From an uncultured Poribacteria bacterium (GTDB taxonomy: Bacteria; Poribacteria; WGA-4E; WGA-3G), in contig CATQHZ020000001.1 in NCBI GenBank assembly GCA_958296135.2, positions 608,001 to 672,000 on the forward strand: 64,000 nucleotides of DNA, in the 5' to 3' direction. The position numbers were made by a program, and so were the translations under genes. Each line of letters starts with the position of its first letter. Position 1 is the stretch's first letter. A model generated the notes under the pieces. The model was not told the DNA's origin and searched no databases. It worked only from the letters and a program-made list of their open reading frames with translations. Shown piece after piece: positions 1 to 8,987 of this stretch.

Positions 1-453
1 CGTCTGATCGATGCCTTTCTGTCCGAGTCCCCAGTAAAAGATGTGCGAGAAGAAATCGATGCATCCCGCCATGAACCCGAACCAGTCGTCAAATCCGTGG
101 TCCTCCGGACGCGAGCCTTTTGCGAGGCCTAAGTGCCATTTGCCGGACATGGCGGTGTAGTAGCCGCGTTGTTTGAGCGCGGTTGCGAGCGTCGGCACGG
201 AAGGCGGTAACCCTGTCGCCGTGCGATGGCCGGCGAGAATGGCGCGTACCCCGGCATGGCACGGATACCGTCCTGTCAGCAGTGCGGCGCGGGAAGGCGA
301 GCAGACCGGGGAGTTGGAATACCAGTCCGTGAAGCGGGTTCCTTCGGCTGCCATTCTGTCCAAGTGTGGCGTTTTGAAATCGGGCGCGCCCATGCAGGAG
401 AGATCGCCGTAACCCTGGTCGTCTGTCAAAAAGATGATGAAGTTCGGTTGCAT
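1..453 (-). CDS. Sulfatase (arylsulfatase family), 5' part; runs off the window
   Basis: Manual translation (absent from the ORF track): [20 protein letters not shown]...[16 protein letters not shown]...[13 protein letters not shown]. Contains the CxPxR formylglycine motif and the GKWHLG motif. Confidence 0.9.
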   Translation of the reverse strand, partial: MQPNFIIFLTDDQGYGDLSCMGAPDFKTPHLDRMAAEGTRFTDWYSNSPVCSPSRAALLTGRYPCHAGVRAILAGHRTATGLPPSVPTLATALKQRGYYTAMSGKWHLGLAKGSRPEDHGFDDWFGFMAGCIDFFSHIFYWGLGQKGIDQT

Positions 454-546
454 TTTTTCCTCTTCTGTTACGAGCCATGCACGGCGAGGGAGAGCCCTTC
501 GCCCTACGGTAGGGATAACGTCACTCTCGCACGGGCGGATTCGGGA

Positions 547-2088
547 CTATTTCTTCCAAAAACGCCTGTCTAGGCTCCGATATTGGATTGCTTCGGAGAC
601 ATGCACGGCTTCAATATCGGGGCTTTGCTCCAGGTCTGCAATGGTGCGCGAGACCTTCAAGATTCTGTCGTAAGCGCGTGCACTGAGCCCTAACTGATTA
701 ATAGCGACGCGGAGCAAATCCTGCGCCTGTTCGTCGACGTGGCAATACTCGCGAATCTGCTTGGATTCCATATCGGCGTTGGCGTGAATCTTCGGGTTGT
801 TCTCAAACCGGCGGTGCTGCGTTTGACGCGCCGCTTCAACGCGTTCGCGAACGTTCTCCGACGGTTCTCCTGTTGTCTCAGCGGCGAGTTCGGCATACTT
901 CACGGCTGGCACCTCAGCTTGTATGTCAATTCTATCTAACAGGGGTCCGGAGATGCGCGAGACGTAACTCTGGATTTGGTTTTGTGTGCATTTGCAGTTT
1001 CGGCTCGGGTCGCCGAAGAAGCCGCAGGGGCATGGGTTCATCGCGGCGACGAGCATGAAGTTGGCGGGATACGTGAGCGATGCGGCGGCGCGCGAGATAG
1101 TGACGTGTCCATCTTCCAAGGGTTGCCGCATGACTTCCAGCACGTTTCTGCGAAATTCGGGGAGTTCGTCTAAAAAAAGCACGCCGTTATGCGCGAGGCT
1201 CACTTCTCCGGGACGCGGCACCTGTCCACCGCCGATGAGCCCGGCATCCGAAATCGTGTGATGCGGTGAACGATAGGGACGCGTCACAACCAACGGGGTG
1301 TCACTAGGTAAAATGCCGACGATGCTCTGAATCTTCGTGGTTTCCAAGGATTCATCCATGGACAACTTCGGCAGCAGCGAGGGGATGCGCTTCGCAATCA
1401 TCGTTTTGCCGGAGCCGGGCGGGCCGATCATTATCAGGTTATGTCCACCGGCGGCAGCGACTTCAATGGCGCGCTTGACATGCTCTTGTCCTTTCACATC
1501 GGCAAGATCGAGCGTGGTTTGGGGTATTCTCTCTTGTGCTTCTGCCGCAAGCGTGTAAGGTTCCGGTGCTATCTCTTTGGTTCCGTTGAGGAATGCTGCG
1601 GCTTCAGCCAAATGCGCGACAGGATAGACGTTCAGTTCCGCAACGATAGCGGCCTCCTTTGCGTTCTCAGCGGGGATGATGATGTCCTGTATCCCGTTCT
1701 CTTTTGCGGCGATTGCCATGGGGAGGCAGCCCTGTATGCTCCGAATGCTTCCATCAAGTGCGAGTTCACCGAGGATCATGGCGTTTTCAAGGCGTTCGCC
1801 AGCTATCTGATTCGTGGCGGCGAGCAGCCCGATGGCAATGGGCACGTCAAACGCGGACCCGGCTTTTCGGATGTCGGCAGGCGCGAGGTTGGCGGTGATG
1901 CGCCCCGGTGGAAAGTAGAAGCCGGCGTTTTTAATCGCCGCCGTAACCCGGTCTTTGCTCTCGCGGATGGCACTGTCGGGCAATCCGACGGTGCTGAAGG
2001 CGGGGAGGCCGTCTGCGACATCCACCTCGACTTTGACGATATAGGCATCAATTCCTAGCATTGCGCTGCTGAGGACTCTTGCAAGCAT
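547..2088 (-). CDS. comM: YifB/ComM family Mg-chelatase-like AAA+ ATPase
   Basis: Starts MLARVLSSAMLGIDA; has VGLPDSAIRESKDRV, Walker A GPPGSGKT, RSPHHTIS, LFLDELPEF and LSARAYDRILKVSRTIADL. Confidence 0.92.
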   Translation of the reverse strand: MLARVLSSAMLGIDAYIVKVEVDVADGLPAFSTVGLPDSAIRESKDRVTAAIKNAGFYFPPGRITANLAPADIRKAGSAFDVPIAIGLLAATNQIAGERLENAMILGELALDGSIRSIQGCLPMAIAAKENGIQDIIIPAENAKEAAIVAELNVYPVAHLAEAAAFLNGTKEIAPEPYTLAAEAQERIPQTTLDLADVKGQEHVKRAIEVAAAGGHNLIMIGPPGSGKTMIAKRIPSLLPKLSMDESLETTKIQSIVGILPSDTPLVVTRPYRSPHHTISDAGLIGGGQVPRPGEVSLAHNGVLFLDELPEFRRNVLEVMRQPLEDGHVTISRAAASLTYPANFMLVAAMNPCPCGFFGDPSRNCKCTQNQIQSYVSRISGPLLDRIDIQAEVPAVKYAELAAETTGEPSENVRERVEAARQTQHRRFENNPKIHANADMESKQIREYCHVDEQAQDLLRVAINQLGLSARAYDRILKVSRTIADLEQSPDIEAVHVSEAIQYRSLDRRFWKK

Positions 2089-2204
2089 ACCTGTTTTCCT
2101 TCGGAGCAAGCTGCGATGCTCCTGAAACGGGTTAATTTTCCTGGATAAAAACGTGTATCTATTATACCGTATGAGTAGAATAGAATGCAACTAGAAATTT
2201 TCTC

Positions 2205-2395
2205 CGGTAGGCGGGACATCCCTGTCCCGATATGAAACGCATCGAGACGCGGGAGGGCGCGCCTACCAAGAATCGAGACCAGGGGGCGCGCCTACCAAGA
2301 ATCGAGACCAGAGGTCTCTCCTACCGGGGCATCGAGACGCAGGAGGGCTCTCCTACCGGGGCATCGAGACGCGGGAGGACGCGTCTATCGGGGCG
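2205..2395. repeat. Cluster of REP-like palindromic repeats
   Basis: CCGGTAGGCGGGACATCCCTGTCCCGAT followed by about five ~30-bp ATCGAGAC...CCTACC units. The same motifs recur at 30640-30985 and 39284-39376. Confidence 0.8.
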
Positions 2396-2420
2396 GCATA
2401 ATTGGCGTTGTCATTTGGCA

Positions 2421-4136
2421 TTAGAGTTCAACTGCCAGCTGCGTGCCTTTAAAATGCCGCGCCGATTTTGGCCGTGACTCGATCTGCCACGGTAACTTCA
2501 CCAACTGGTTCAACGCTGCTGGATTCTCAAAATAGGCATCGTCTATCTGCCAGAATTGCAGACGCGGATACCGCTGTCCGTTATGCTCTATCGTGCCCTC
2601 CTTGTCCTGCACATCGCGCATCCCCTTGGTAATCGGGTGCAGGGTGATGAACACGCCGAACGCCGCATCGTTGTGATGCATCGCCGCACAGAACGCACGC
2701 ACATCCGCTTTCGCCGGTTTCCGTCCCGCTTTCACCTCCGCGATGACTTTCAACTGCGTCGCTCCCTCCTTGAAGTGCCGGTTCTCCCAGACACCCACGG
2801 TGCCAGTGCCGTCAAATCCGCCATCGCCGGAGTCCGGTGTCGGTTCTAGTCCGAGCCTTGTGACGGCCCAGTTGGCGAAGTCGTGATACCGCCGGTTGTG
2901 ATTCGCGAGCGTCACGGCTTCTTGGACATTGGTGGGATACCCGAAGATTTCATAGTCCACCGAGGGAAGCAGCCCGTGCCGCTCCTTGAGTCTTCGCTGC
3001 ACCGGATCCAACGCAAGGATAGTGAGATCGATGCCGATCCAACGTCGGTTGAGGGTTTCGGCGGCATCGAGGGTTGTGCCGCCGCCACAGAAGGGATCGA
3101 GAACAATGTCGCCTTCGTTAGAGGAGGCTTTAAGGAGTCGTTCCAAGAGCGCGAGCGGCTTCTGCGTGCCGTACCCCATTTTCTCTTTCGCGTTGCCTGC
3201 AATAGGATTGATGTCCAGAATCATATCCTGCACGCGAATCCCTTTTGATGTGGATAAATATCGCTTAAACCTCGGTTTTTCGCCAGTCGGTGGCCAATGA
3301 ATTAATCCGTTTGCGTTCAACACCTCCAGTTTTTCGTGGACGGAGAGGGATTCATAATTATCGGGTGGCACAACGCTTTCTGGCCAGGCATTTCGGCGAG
3401 GCGCGCTCCAGTGTCTGCCAACGAGGCTTGGGTTGACACCGCGCCACGGTTGCCCAGATTCACCGGTTTGCGTCACTCCGGCCCCGGTGAGCTCAATGAG
3501 ACGATAGGGGCCTTTTTCGTCTTCATGCCGATAAGCCTTTTTAACGTATTGGACATCGTGCTGTGTATAGACGGGATTCCAGACGTATTTGCTGCTCTTG
3601 GTATAAAACAGAATGGTGTCGTGAATCCTCCCGTATTTCCCGCTGCCACTATGCGCGCTGGTGCGTTTCCAGACAATTTCGTTCCGGAAATGCTGACTGA
3701 TGAAAATCGCATCAAGGCACCCTTTGAGGTAGTGGGATGCCGTTGTATCGCAGTGGAGATAGAACGAGCCGTTCTCTTTCAACACGCGATGCACTTCGGC
3801 GAGGCGCGGCCCCATAAAAGCGAGATAGGCGCGCATTTCGCCATCAGCACCAGTAGTTGCATGCTGAAGAACGCTGTCATATCCTTGAAGGCACTTGTTG
3901 AGTCGTTGATAGGTTTCGGTGTTTTGTTCTTGGACAAAGGCGCGTGCTTCTCTAGCTGCATCGTCCCATCGCCAGATATCGGTGAACGCTTTTTTCTGGG
4001 CTTGGGAGTTTGGCAGAAAGATGTTATAGTCGCGTCCGCTGTTGAAGGGCGGGTCCGCGTAGCCGCAGTCTACGGAATTGTCAGGAAATTCGCGTAGAAT
4101 TTGTAAGTTATCGCCAAAGTAGATGCTATTTTTCAT
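2421..4136 (-). CDS. Amino-DNA methyltransferase (beta class) fused to a C-terminal Mrr-like PD-(D/E)XK domain
   Basis: IYFGDNL, motif IV DPPF, TQKPLALLERLL, motif I LDPFCGGGTT; C-terminal DGGFDG...AEVKAG. Start taken at MKNSIYF. Confidence 0.88.
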   Translation of the reverse strand: MKNSIYFGDNLQILREFPDNSVDCGYADPPFNSGRDYNIFLPNSQAQKKAFTDIWRWDDAAREARAFVQEQNTETYQRLNKCLQGYDSVLQHATTGADGEMRAYLAFMGPRLAEVHRVLKENGSFYLHCDTTASHYLKGCLDAIFISQHFRNEIVWKRTSAHSGSGKYGRIHDTILFYTKSSKYVWNPVYTQHDVQYVKKAYRHEDEKGPYRLIELTGAGVTQTGESGQPWRGVNPSLVGRHWSAPRRNAWPESVVPPDNYESLSVHEKLEVLNANGLIHWPPTGEKPRFKRYLSTSKGIRVQDMILDINPIAGNAKEKMGYGTQKPLALLERLLKASSNEGDIVLDPFCGGGTTLDAAETLNRRWIGIDLTILALDPVQRRLKERHGLLPSVDYEIFGYPTNVQEAVTLANHNRRYHDFANWAVTRLGLEPTPDSGDGGFDGTGTVGVWENRHFKEGATQLKVIAEVKAGRKPAKADVRAFCAAMHHNDAAFGVFITLHPITKGMRDVQDKEGTIEHNGQRYPRLQFWQIDDAYFENPAALNQLVKLPWQIESRPKSARHFKGTQLAVEL

Positions 4137-4373
4137 TTTTTTGTTGTTTTTTGTTGTTCGCGTGGCGTTCGTTAACGGCTGTCGGTGCAATAACGTGCTT
4201 CTCCGTAGAGTCGTCATCGCCGTTGGCGATGCCTACGTTCTCGGGGCTAATTTTTGCGCGCTGGGTTCATCTGAACGGCATCGTCTCATTTGGCATTATA
4301 CCAAATTGCGGGAGATTTTTTCAAGTCCTGAACGATCCAGTTTTCCGTTTTTGATGTCCACCCGAATCTGTTT

Positions 4374-5399
4374 CTACGCAATCCTTGTATCGCCAGTCAA
4401 TTTATGCAACGCCTGCAGCTGCTCTCTATCGGCGATGACGAAGAGCGCGTCGCCGATTTCCAACTTCCGATTATACAGAGGATTATAGATAAAGGTGCCT
4501 TCTCGACTTCGGATGGCGATGACGACGAGGCCGCTCTGCTGCCGAACGCGGGCATCGGCGAGCGTCAGCCCGGCGAGCGCGGAATGTTCCTGAATTATGG
4601 ATTCGGTAAATCGCGTTCGCTGGTGGTTTTGGGTGATATTTGTGAAGAAATCGACGAGCTGCGGGTGGAGGAGGCCGGAGGCGAGGCGGATGCCGCCGAT
4701 CTGGTCTGGCAGGACGACTTCATCGGCACCGGCGGTGATGAGTTTCGCGGGCGAATTACTCTCAACCGCCTTGGAGGCAATGCGGAGCTGCGGGTTTATT
4801 TTTCTCGCGGAGATGACGACGAAAAGATTATCCTGGTCTCGGCTGAGACAGGTGACGAGCCCGCGGGCTCTTTGGATGCCTGCGCGCGTGAGCACCTCGT
4901 CATCGGTTGCATCGCCGTGGATGTAGAGGAACTTGCGGGTATCGGCGAGATGGAGGAGGCGTTCTTCCTCCAGGTCGATGCCGACAAAGGGCTCTTCGGC
5001 CTTGAGCATTTCGTCAAGCACATGGACACCTGTATCACCGATGCCACAAAGGATATAGTGGTTTGACAATTTATCGACAGTGCGCACGAGTTTTCTCAAG
5101 CGGAAGAAGTTTTGGAGTTGGCCTTCAATGAAAAAGGCGGTGGCGATACTGACGCTATAGGTAAAGACACCAAACCCGCCGATGAGCAGACACAAGGTGA
5201 AGACGCGTCCCTCATCGCTCATATCCAAGTGGCTATACCCCACGGTTGTTAAGGTAATAACGGTCATCCAGACTGCGTCTAGGAGCGTCCATGAACGCTC
5301 CGGGTTATCTCTTTCGAGAACGGTATACCCGATTGTTCCAGTGAGGAGCAGGCTGACTAGCAGTGTGAAAGCGATGATGATTTTGCGGTGGTAGTTCAT
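4374..5399 (-). CDS. Potassium channel protein (2-TM pore + TrkA-N/TrkA-C)
   Basis: Pore motif TLTTVGY, Rossmann motif ILCGIGDTG, GDATDDEVL. True start is MNYHRK; the longer ORF is read-through of upstream repeats. Confidence 0.9.
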   Translation of the reverse strand: MNYHRKIIIAFTLLVSLLLTGTIGYTVLERDNPERSWTLLDAVWMTVITLTTVGYSHLDMSDEGRVFTLCLLIGGFGVFTYSVSIATAFFIEGQLQNFFRLRKLVRTVDKLSNHYILCGIGDTGVHVLDEMLKAEEPFVGIDLEEERLLHLADTRKFLYIHGDATDDEVLTRAGIQRARGLVTCLSRDQDNLFVVISARKINPQLRIASKAVESNSPAKLITAGADEVVLPDQIGGIRLASGLLHPQLVDFFTNITQNHQRTRFTESIIQEHSALAGLTLADARVRQQSGLVVIAIRSREGTFIYNPLYNRKLEIGDALFVIADREQLQALHKLTGDTRIA

Positions 5400-5404
5400 A
5401 TTCT

Positions 5405-6055
5405 GGAACGACCGGGGCATAGCGGGGGCCAGGGCTGCTGCCGCTGGGCCTGTCCCTCGCGAGTTGGAAGTCCGTAGGGCGAGGGCCCGGCGATCACGAA
5501 TCGCCGAGGGTTCCCCTCGCGAGGCTGTCCCGAAGACCGGGCATGGCGGGGGACAGGCCCCCGCCCTACGGTAAAGGAAAAAGACATGGCGGGGGCCAAG
5601 GCTGCTGCCGCTGGGCCTGTCCCTCGCGAGGCTGTCCCGAAGACCTGGGCATAGCGGGGGACAGGCCCCCGCCGCTGAGCCCGTAGCGCGAGGGCCTGTC
5701 CCTCGCGAGGCTGTCCCTCGCGAGGCTGTCCCGAAGACCTGGGCATGGCGGGGGACAGGCCCCCGCCCTACGGTAACTGAAAAATGCACCGCAGCGCGAG
5801 GGAAAACCTGTCCTTCGCGAGGCTCTCCCGAAGACCGGGCATGGCGGGGGACAGGCCCCCGCCCTACGGTAACTGAAAAATGCACCGCAGCGCGAGGGAA
5901 AACCTGTCCTTCGCGAGGCTCTCCCGAAGACCGGGGCATGGCGGGGGACAGGCCCCCGCCCTACGGTAAAGGAAAAATGCATGCCGGGGGACAGGCCCCC
6001 GCCCTACGGTAAAGGAAAAATGCATGCCGGGGGACAGGCCCCCGCCCTACGGGGG
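5405..6055. repeat. Composite tandem array of REP-like palindromes
   Basis: Several GGGGGACAGGCCCCCGCCCTACGG and CCCTCGCGAGG units, with a 96-bp tandem duplication (about 5735-5930) and ~43-bp units (about 5943-6050). Confidence 0.88.
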
Positions 6056-6058
6056 AGG

Positions 6059-6406
6059 TTATTCTTCCTCTTCCGAATCCGCTGTTTGTTCATCATCAGA
6101 AGCGGCTGCTTCTGTCGCAGCCTGCTGCGCACTAACAAGGCGGACGTAACCTATCCGCAGTTCATAGAGAGAATTTGCCAAGAAGTTCGCTTCGGGGGCG
6201 ATGAGGTTGCCCTTCGTCTTCTCCTCAAGCAATTCTAGGCTATCGATAATCCGCTTGACGAGCGGTAGACTGACGACAACCTCGTCTGTCTCGGGGTTGT
6301 GGACACCCTCCATGTAGAGTTGCGCCGTGGTCACCAGGTCATTGACAAACGTGATAAAGTTCATCGGTGGGAGTGCGTTTATATTTTCATCGGTGGGTGT
6401 ATCCAT
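6059..6406 (-). CDS. DUF1844 family protein
   Basis: PPMNFITFVNDL...IIDSLELLEEKTKGNLIAPEANFLANSLYELRIGYV matches the family pattern. RBS GAGGAG precedes MDTPT. Confidence 0.75.
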   Translation of the reverse strand: MDTPTDENINALPPMNFITFVNDLVTTAQLYMEGVHNPETDEVVVSLPLVKRIIDSLELLEEKTKGNLIAPEANFLANSLYELRIGYVRLVSAQQAATEAAASDDEQTADSEEEE

Positions 6407-6419
6407 GCGATGCTCCTCC

Positions 6420-6791
6420 TTAGTCGTGATCAAAGATGATGATTTGCGCGAGTAAACTGCCGGCTTGGTTGTTGTGATGCGGGGTTTCGTTCATGGCGAG
6501 GAAGATAACGCCATCGGCGGGTGCAGGGTTGTCGTAACGCGAGCCGACAGCGAACACGGTATCTCCGATTCTCGCGATGAGGGCCCCGATATTAGTGCCG
6601 GGGAGCAGATAGGCGGCACTGCCGGGCGTATTCGCGATGCCGTCGCCGCCGCACCAGCCGATCCGATTTTGTAAGTCGGGCGACCAGGCGCCTTCTGCGT
6701 CAATAACGAGCCGTTGTCCTTTTTTCACCCGCACGTAACTCTCCTGCCAGATGGGGCTTGGGCGCGCGGTGCGGATAATTGTTAATGCCAT
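6420..6791 (-). CDS. Small beta-sandwich protein, possibly PA-IL/LecA-lectin-like
   Basis: WQESYVRVKKGQRLVIDAEGAW...GALIARIG...GVIFLAMNE...NNQAGSL pattern; RBS AGGAG. Confidence 0.5.
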   Translation of the reverse strand: MALTIIRTARPSPIWQESYVRVKKGQRLVIDAEGAWSPDLQNRIGWCGGDGIANTPGSAAYLLPGTNIGALIARIGDTVFAVGSRYDNPAPADGVIFLAMNETPHHNNQAGSLLAQIIIFDHD

Positions 6792-6843
6792 GATGTTTCT
6801 CCTTTTCGTTTAGGTAGGCGCGCTTGTAAAGCGCGCCTTTCGG

Positions 6844-7446
6844 TTACTCTGTCTTCTCACGAATCGTGATATTCGTGATTGCGTCGCCTTTGACGATGCT
6901 GTCAACTACCTCCATCCCGCTGAGCACTGTTCCAAAGACGGTGTAATCGCTATCAACGAGCGTGGTATTGCGGCATAAGAAGAATTGGGAGGCATCGGCG
7001 ACGCTAGCGCCTTCCTCCTTCGCCATTGCGACAACGCCGCGGGCCATCTTCTGCGCACCGTTCTCAATCGGGAGTGTTTCGTCCACCACAAACCGCGAAC
7101 CGGCTTGGATGAGGAGCGGTTCCACGCGGTGGAATGTCTCATCCTTATAGTTATTAAGTTTCGCGTTTTTGATGAAGTTCTGGGCGGTTTCTGGGGCTTC
7201 TGCGAGAAACTCAAACGCAATGTTGCCCTTCGCCGTTTCAATGACAGCGATGACGCTGGCCGGGTCCGTCTGCGGCTTAGCGGCGGTTTGCGTGGTGCCG
7301 GTGCCGGCGCGGCGTGCACGCGGCGCGGGAGCCGGCTTCTCTTCCTGCGTGCAGCTCATCAAAAGCGGCAGCAATAGGCCCGCCAACATGAGCAGCACGG
7401 TGAGGAAGAGGCTATGGGGTTGGTGACGCTGTTGTCGCTTGAACAT
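6844..7446 (-). CDS. Cyclophilin-type peptidyl-prolyl isomerase (lipoprotein, divergent)
   Basis: Lipobox-like LLMSC, IETAKGNI, FHRV, GVVAMAK, SQFF, YTVFGTVLSGMEVV. Confidence 0.8.
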   Translation of the reverse strand: MFKRQQRHQPHSLFLTVLLMLAGLLLPLLMSCTQEEKPAPAPRARRAGTGTTQTAAKPQTDPASVIAVIETAKGNIAFEFLAEAPETAQNFIKNAKLNNYKDETFHRVEPLLIQAGSRFVVDETLPIENGAQKMARGVVAMAKEEGASVADASQFFLCRNTTLVDSDYTVFGTVLSGMEVVDSIVKGDAITNITIREKTE

Positions 7447-7990
7447 ATTTTGACTTCGCCTCCAATCGGATTGTTGTCATGACATCGCCTACCTCTAGCA
7501 GCGTGACGACATCCATGCCGTGGATTACACGCCCGAAGGTGGTGTAATTTCCGTCAAGGTGAGGTTGCGGTTTCAGACATAAGTAGAACTGGCTCCCGGC
7601 GGAGTCGGGCATGTTCGCCCGAGCCATCGCTACCGTGCCTCTTAAGTGAGGACGTTGGTTCGGGTTTGTATACTCGTCAATAATGTTCCAACCGGGTCCA
7701 CCCGTTCCATCGCCTTTCGGGCACCCACCCTGAATGATATTCAGCCCGGGTTCGTCAACTTTACGGTGGAATGTCAAACCATCGTAAAACTTCTGTCTGA
7801 TGAGTTTTGTGAAGTTCTCAACAGCCACGGGTGCGGCAACGGGATAAAACTCAATGACGAATTGGCCTTTGTCGGTTGTGACGACTGCTACCTGCTCTTC
7901 CGGCGGTTGATTGCCGCTAGGAGGCAGCGCGCAGCCGGCTAGCGTTTGCAAAACGAGAAACAGTAGAAATAGATACGCGGTTGTTTTCAT
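7412..7990 (-). CDS. Cyclophilin-type peptidyl-prolyl isomerase (lipoprotein)
   Basis: LAGC lipobox, FYDGLTFHR, QGGCPKGDGTGGPG, SAGSQFY, PHLDGNYTTFGRV. Confidence 0.92.
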   Translation of the reverse strand: MKTTAYLFLLFLVLQTLAGCALPPSGNQPPEEQVAVVTTDKGQFVIEFYPVAAPVAVENFTKLIRQKFYDGLTFHRKVDEPGLNIIQGGCPKGDGTGGPGWNIIDEYTNPNQRPHLRGTVAMARANMPDSAGSQFYLCLKPQPHLDGNYTTFGRVIHGMDVVTLLEVGDVMTTIRLEAKSKYVQATTASPTP

Positions 7991-8106
7991 GAACGTTCCT
8001 TAAAACTGAATGCCTCCCACAAGCGCGCTTGCAAAGCGCGCCTACCGGGCTACGTGAATGCCTTCTGGCGGCGCGGTTTCCAACAGTACCTACCAGTGCG
8101 TGTGGA

Positions 8107-8856
8107 TTATCGGGATTTCAGGCGTGCCCAAGTTATCGCCAACTTATGGCGTGCATCTACTGCCAATGTGACAGGCGCCTCCATATCCGCCTGTAACGCC
8201 GCCTTCGTCAAAGCGTAGTTATACATTTTGATTTCATCAAGCGCGCCGGTAAGAAAACGTTCACTCCCGCCGCGCGCGCCGATGAAAAGCGCGTCATCGT
8301 TCGGGTTGAGCTTGCCTTTACACGCCATCTCGGCTTCAACTTCACCGTCAATGTAGAGCAGAATAGTATCGCCGTCCCAGGTGCCGGCGAGGAAATGCCA
8401 CTCGCCATCTTGAATACTGGGCCCGATGTTTTCGTCGTTGCAGACATCGGGCAGATCGAAAAATTGCAAGATGGTGCCGCCGTTATAGAGCGCGGCGAGG
8501 TTATACAAGCCCGATATCCAGGCGACTCCCTTTTCAACGCCGCTCTGGATTGCTTCGCCGCCTTCAATAAATACCCAGAATTCAATGGTGATGCCATCGA
8601 CAATGTCAAGGCTGCCGTGGTCTGGGATTTGCGCCGAGGTTTTTCCATCGAACGCCACGGCTTTCCCGAAAACGCCATCGATGAGCTTGGGGTTGCCTTT
8701 GAAAGTTGCGTCGTTGCCGAATTCTGACCGGTCGGTGGCAACCTTGCCGTTGAGTTCATCAAAAGAGAGATGCAGCACGAGTTCTTGCGCGGCAGCTATC
8801 CTTGCGATGGCGATGAACATTAGCATGCATAACACAAAAATAGGCATCTGTTTCAT
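8107..8856 (-). CDS. Secreted LamG-like jellyroll protein
   Basis: Signal peptide, LHLSFDE, GVFGKAVAFDG, WHFLAGTWDG, GALDEIKMYNYAL; tail AVDARHKLAITWARLKSR. Confidence 0.85.
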   Translation of the reverse strand: MKQMPIFVLCMLMFIAIARIAAAQELVLHLSFDELNGKVATDRSEFGNDATFKGNPKLIDGVFGKAVAFDGKTSAQIPDHGSLDIVDGITIEFWVFIEGGEAIQSGVEKGVAWISGLYNLAALYNGGTILQFFDLPDVCNDENIGPSIQDGEWHFLAGTWDGDTILLYIDGEVEAEMACKGKLNPNDDALFIGARGGSERFLTGALDEIKMYNYALTKAALQADMEAPVTLAVDARHKLAITWARLKSR

Positions 8857-8987
8857 ACGATGTGCCTCCGTGCAATAAATGATAAACGAATTCTATTTGG
8901 ATGTCAATAGAATTTAAAATAGCAAAAATGTTAAAAAAAGTCAAGGATAAAAAAAATTCGGAGAGGTTTGGTTGTGAGACACGTGCG

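Noticed and set aside
4156-4254. Template/variable repeat pair of a diversity-generating retroelement with 23493-23591
   Set aside because: Mismatches are not confined to adenines in either copy, neither copy is at a gene 3' end, and no reverse transcriptase is in the window.
5400-5939. N-terminal repeat extension of the potassium channel ORF
   Set aside because: It is read-through of intergenic palindromic repeats; channel homology begins at MNYHRK (5399).
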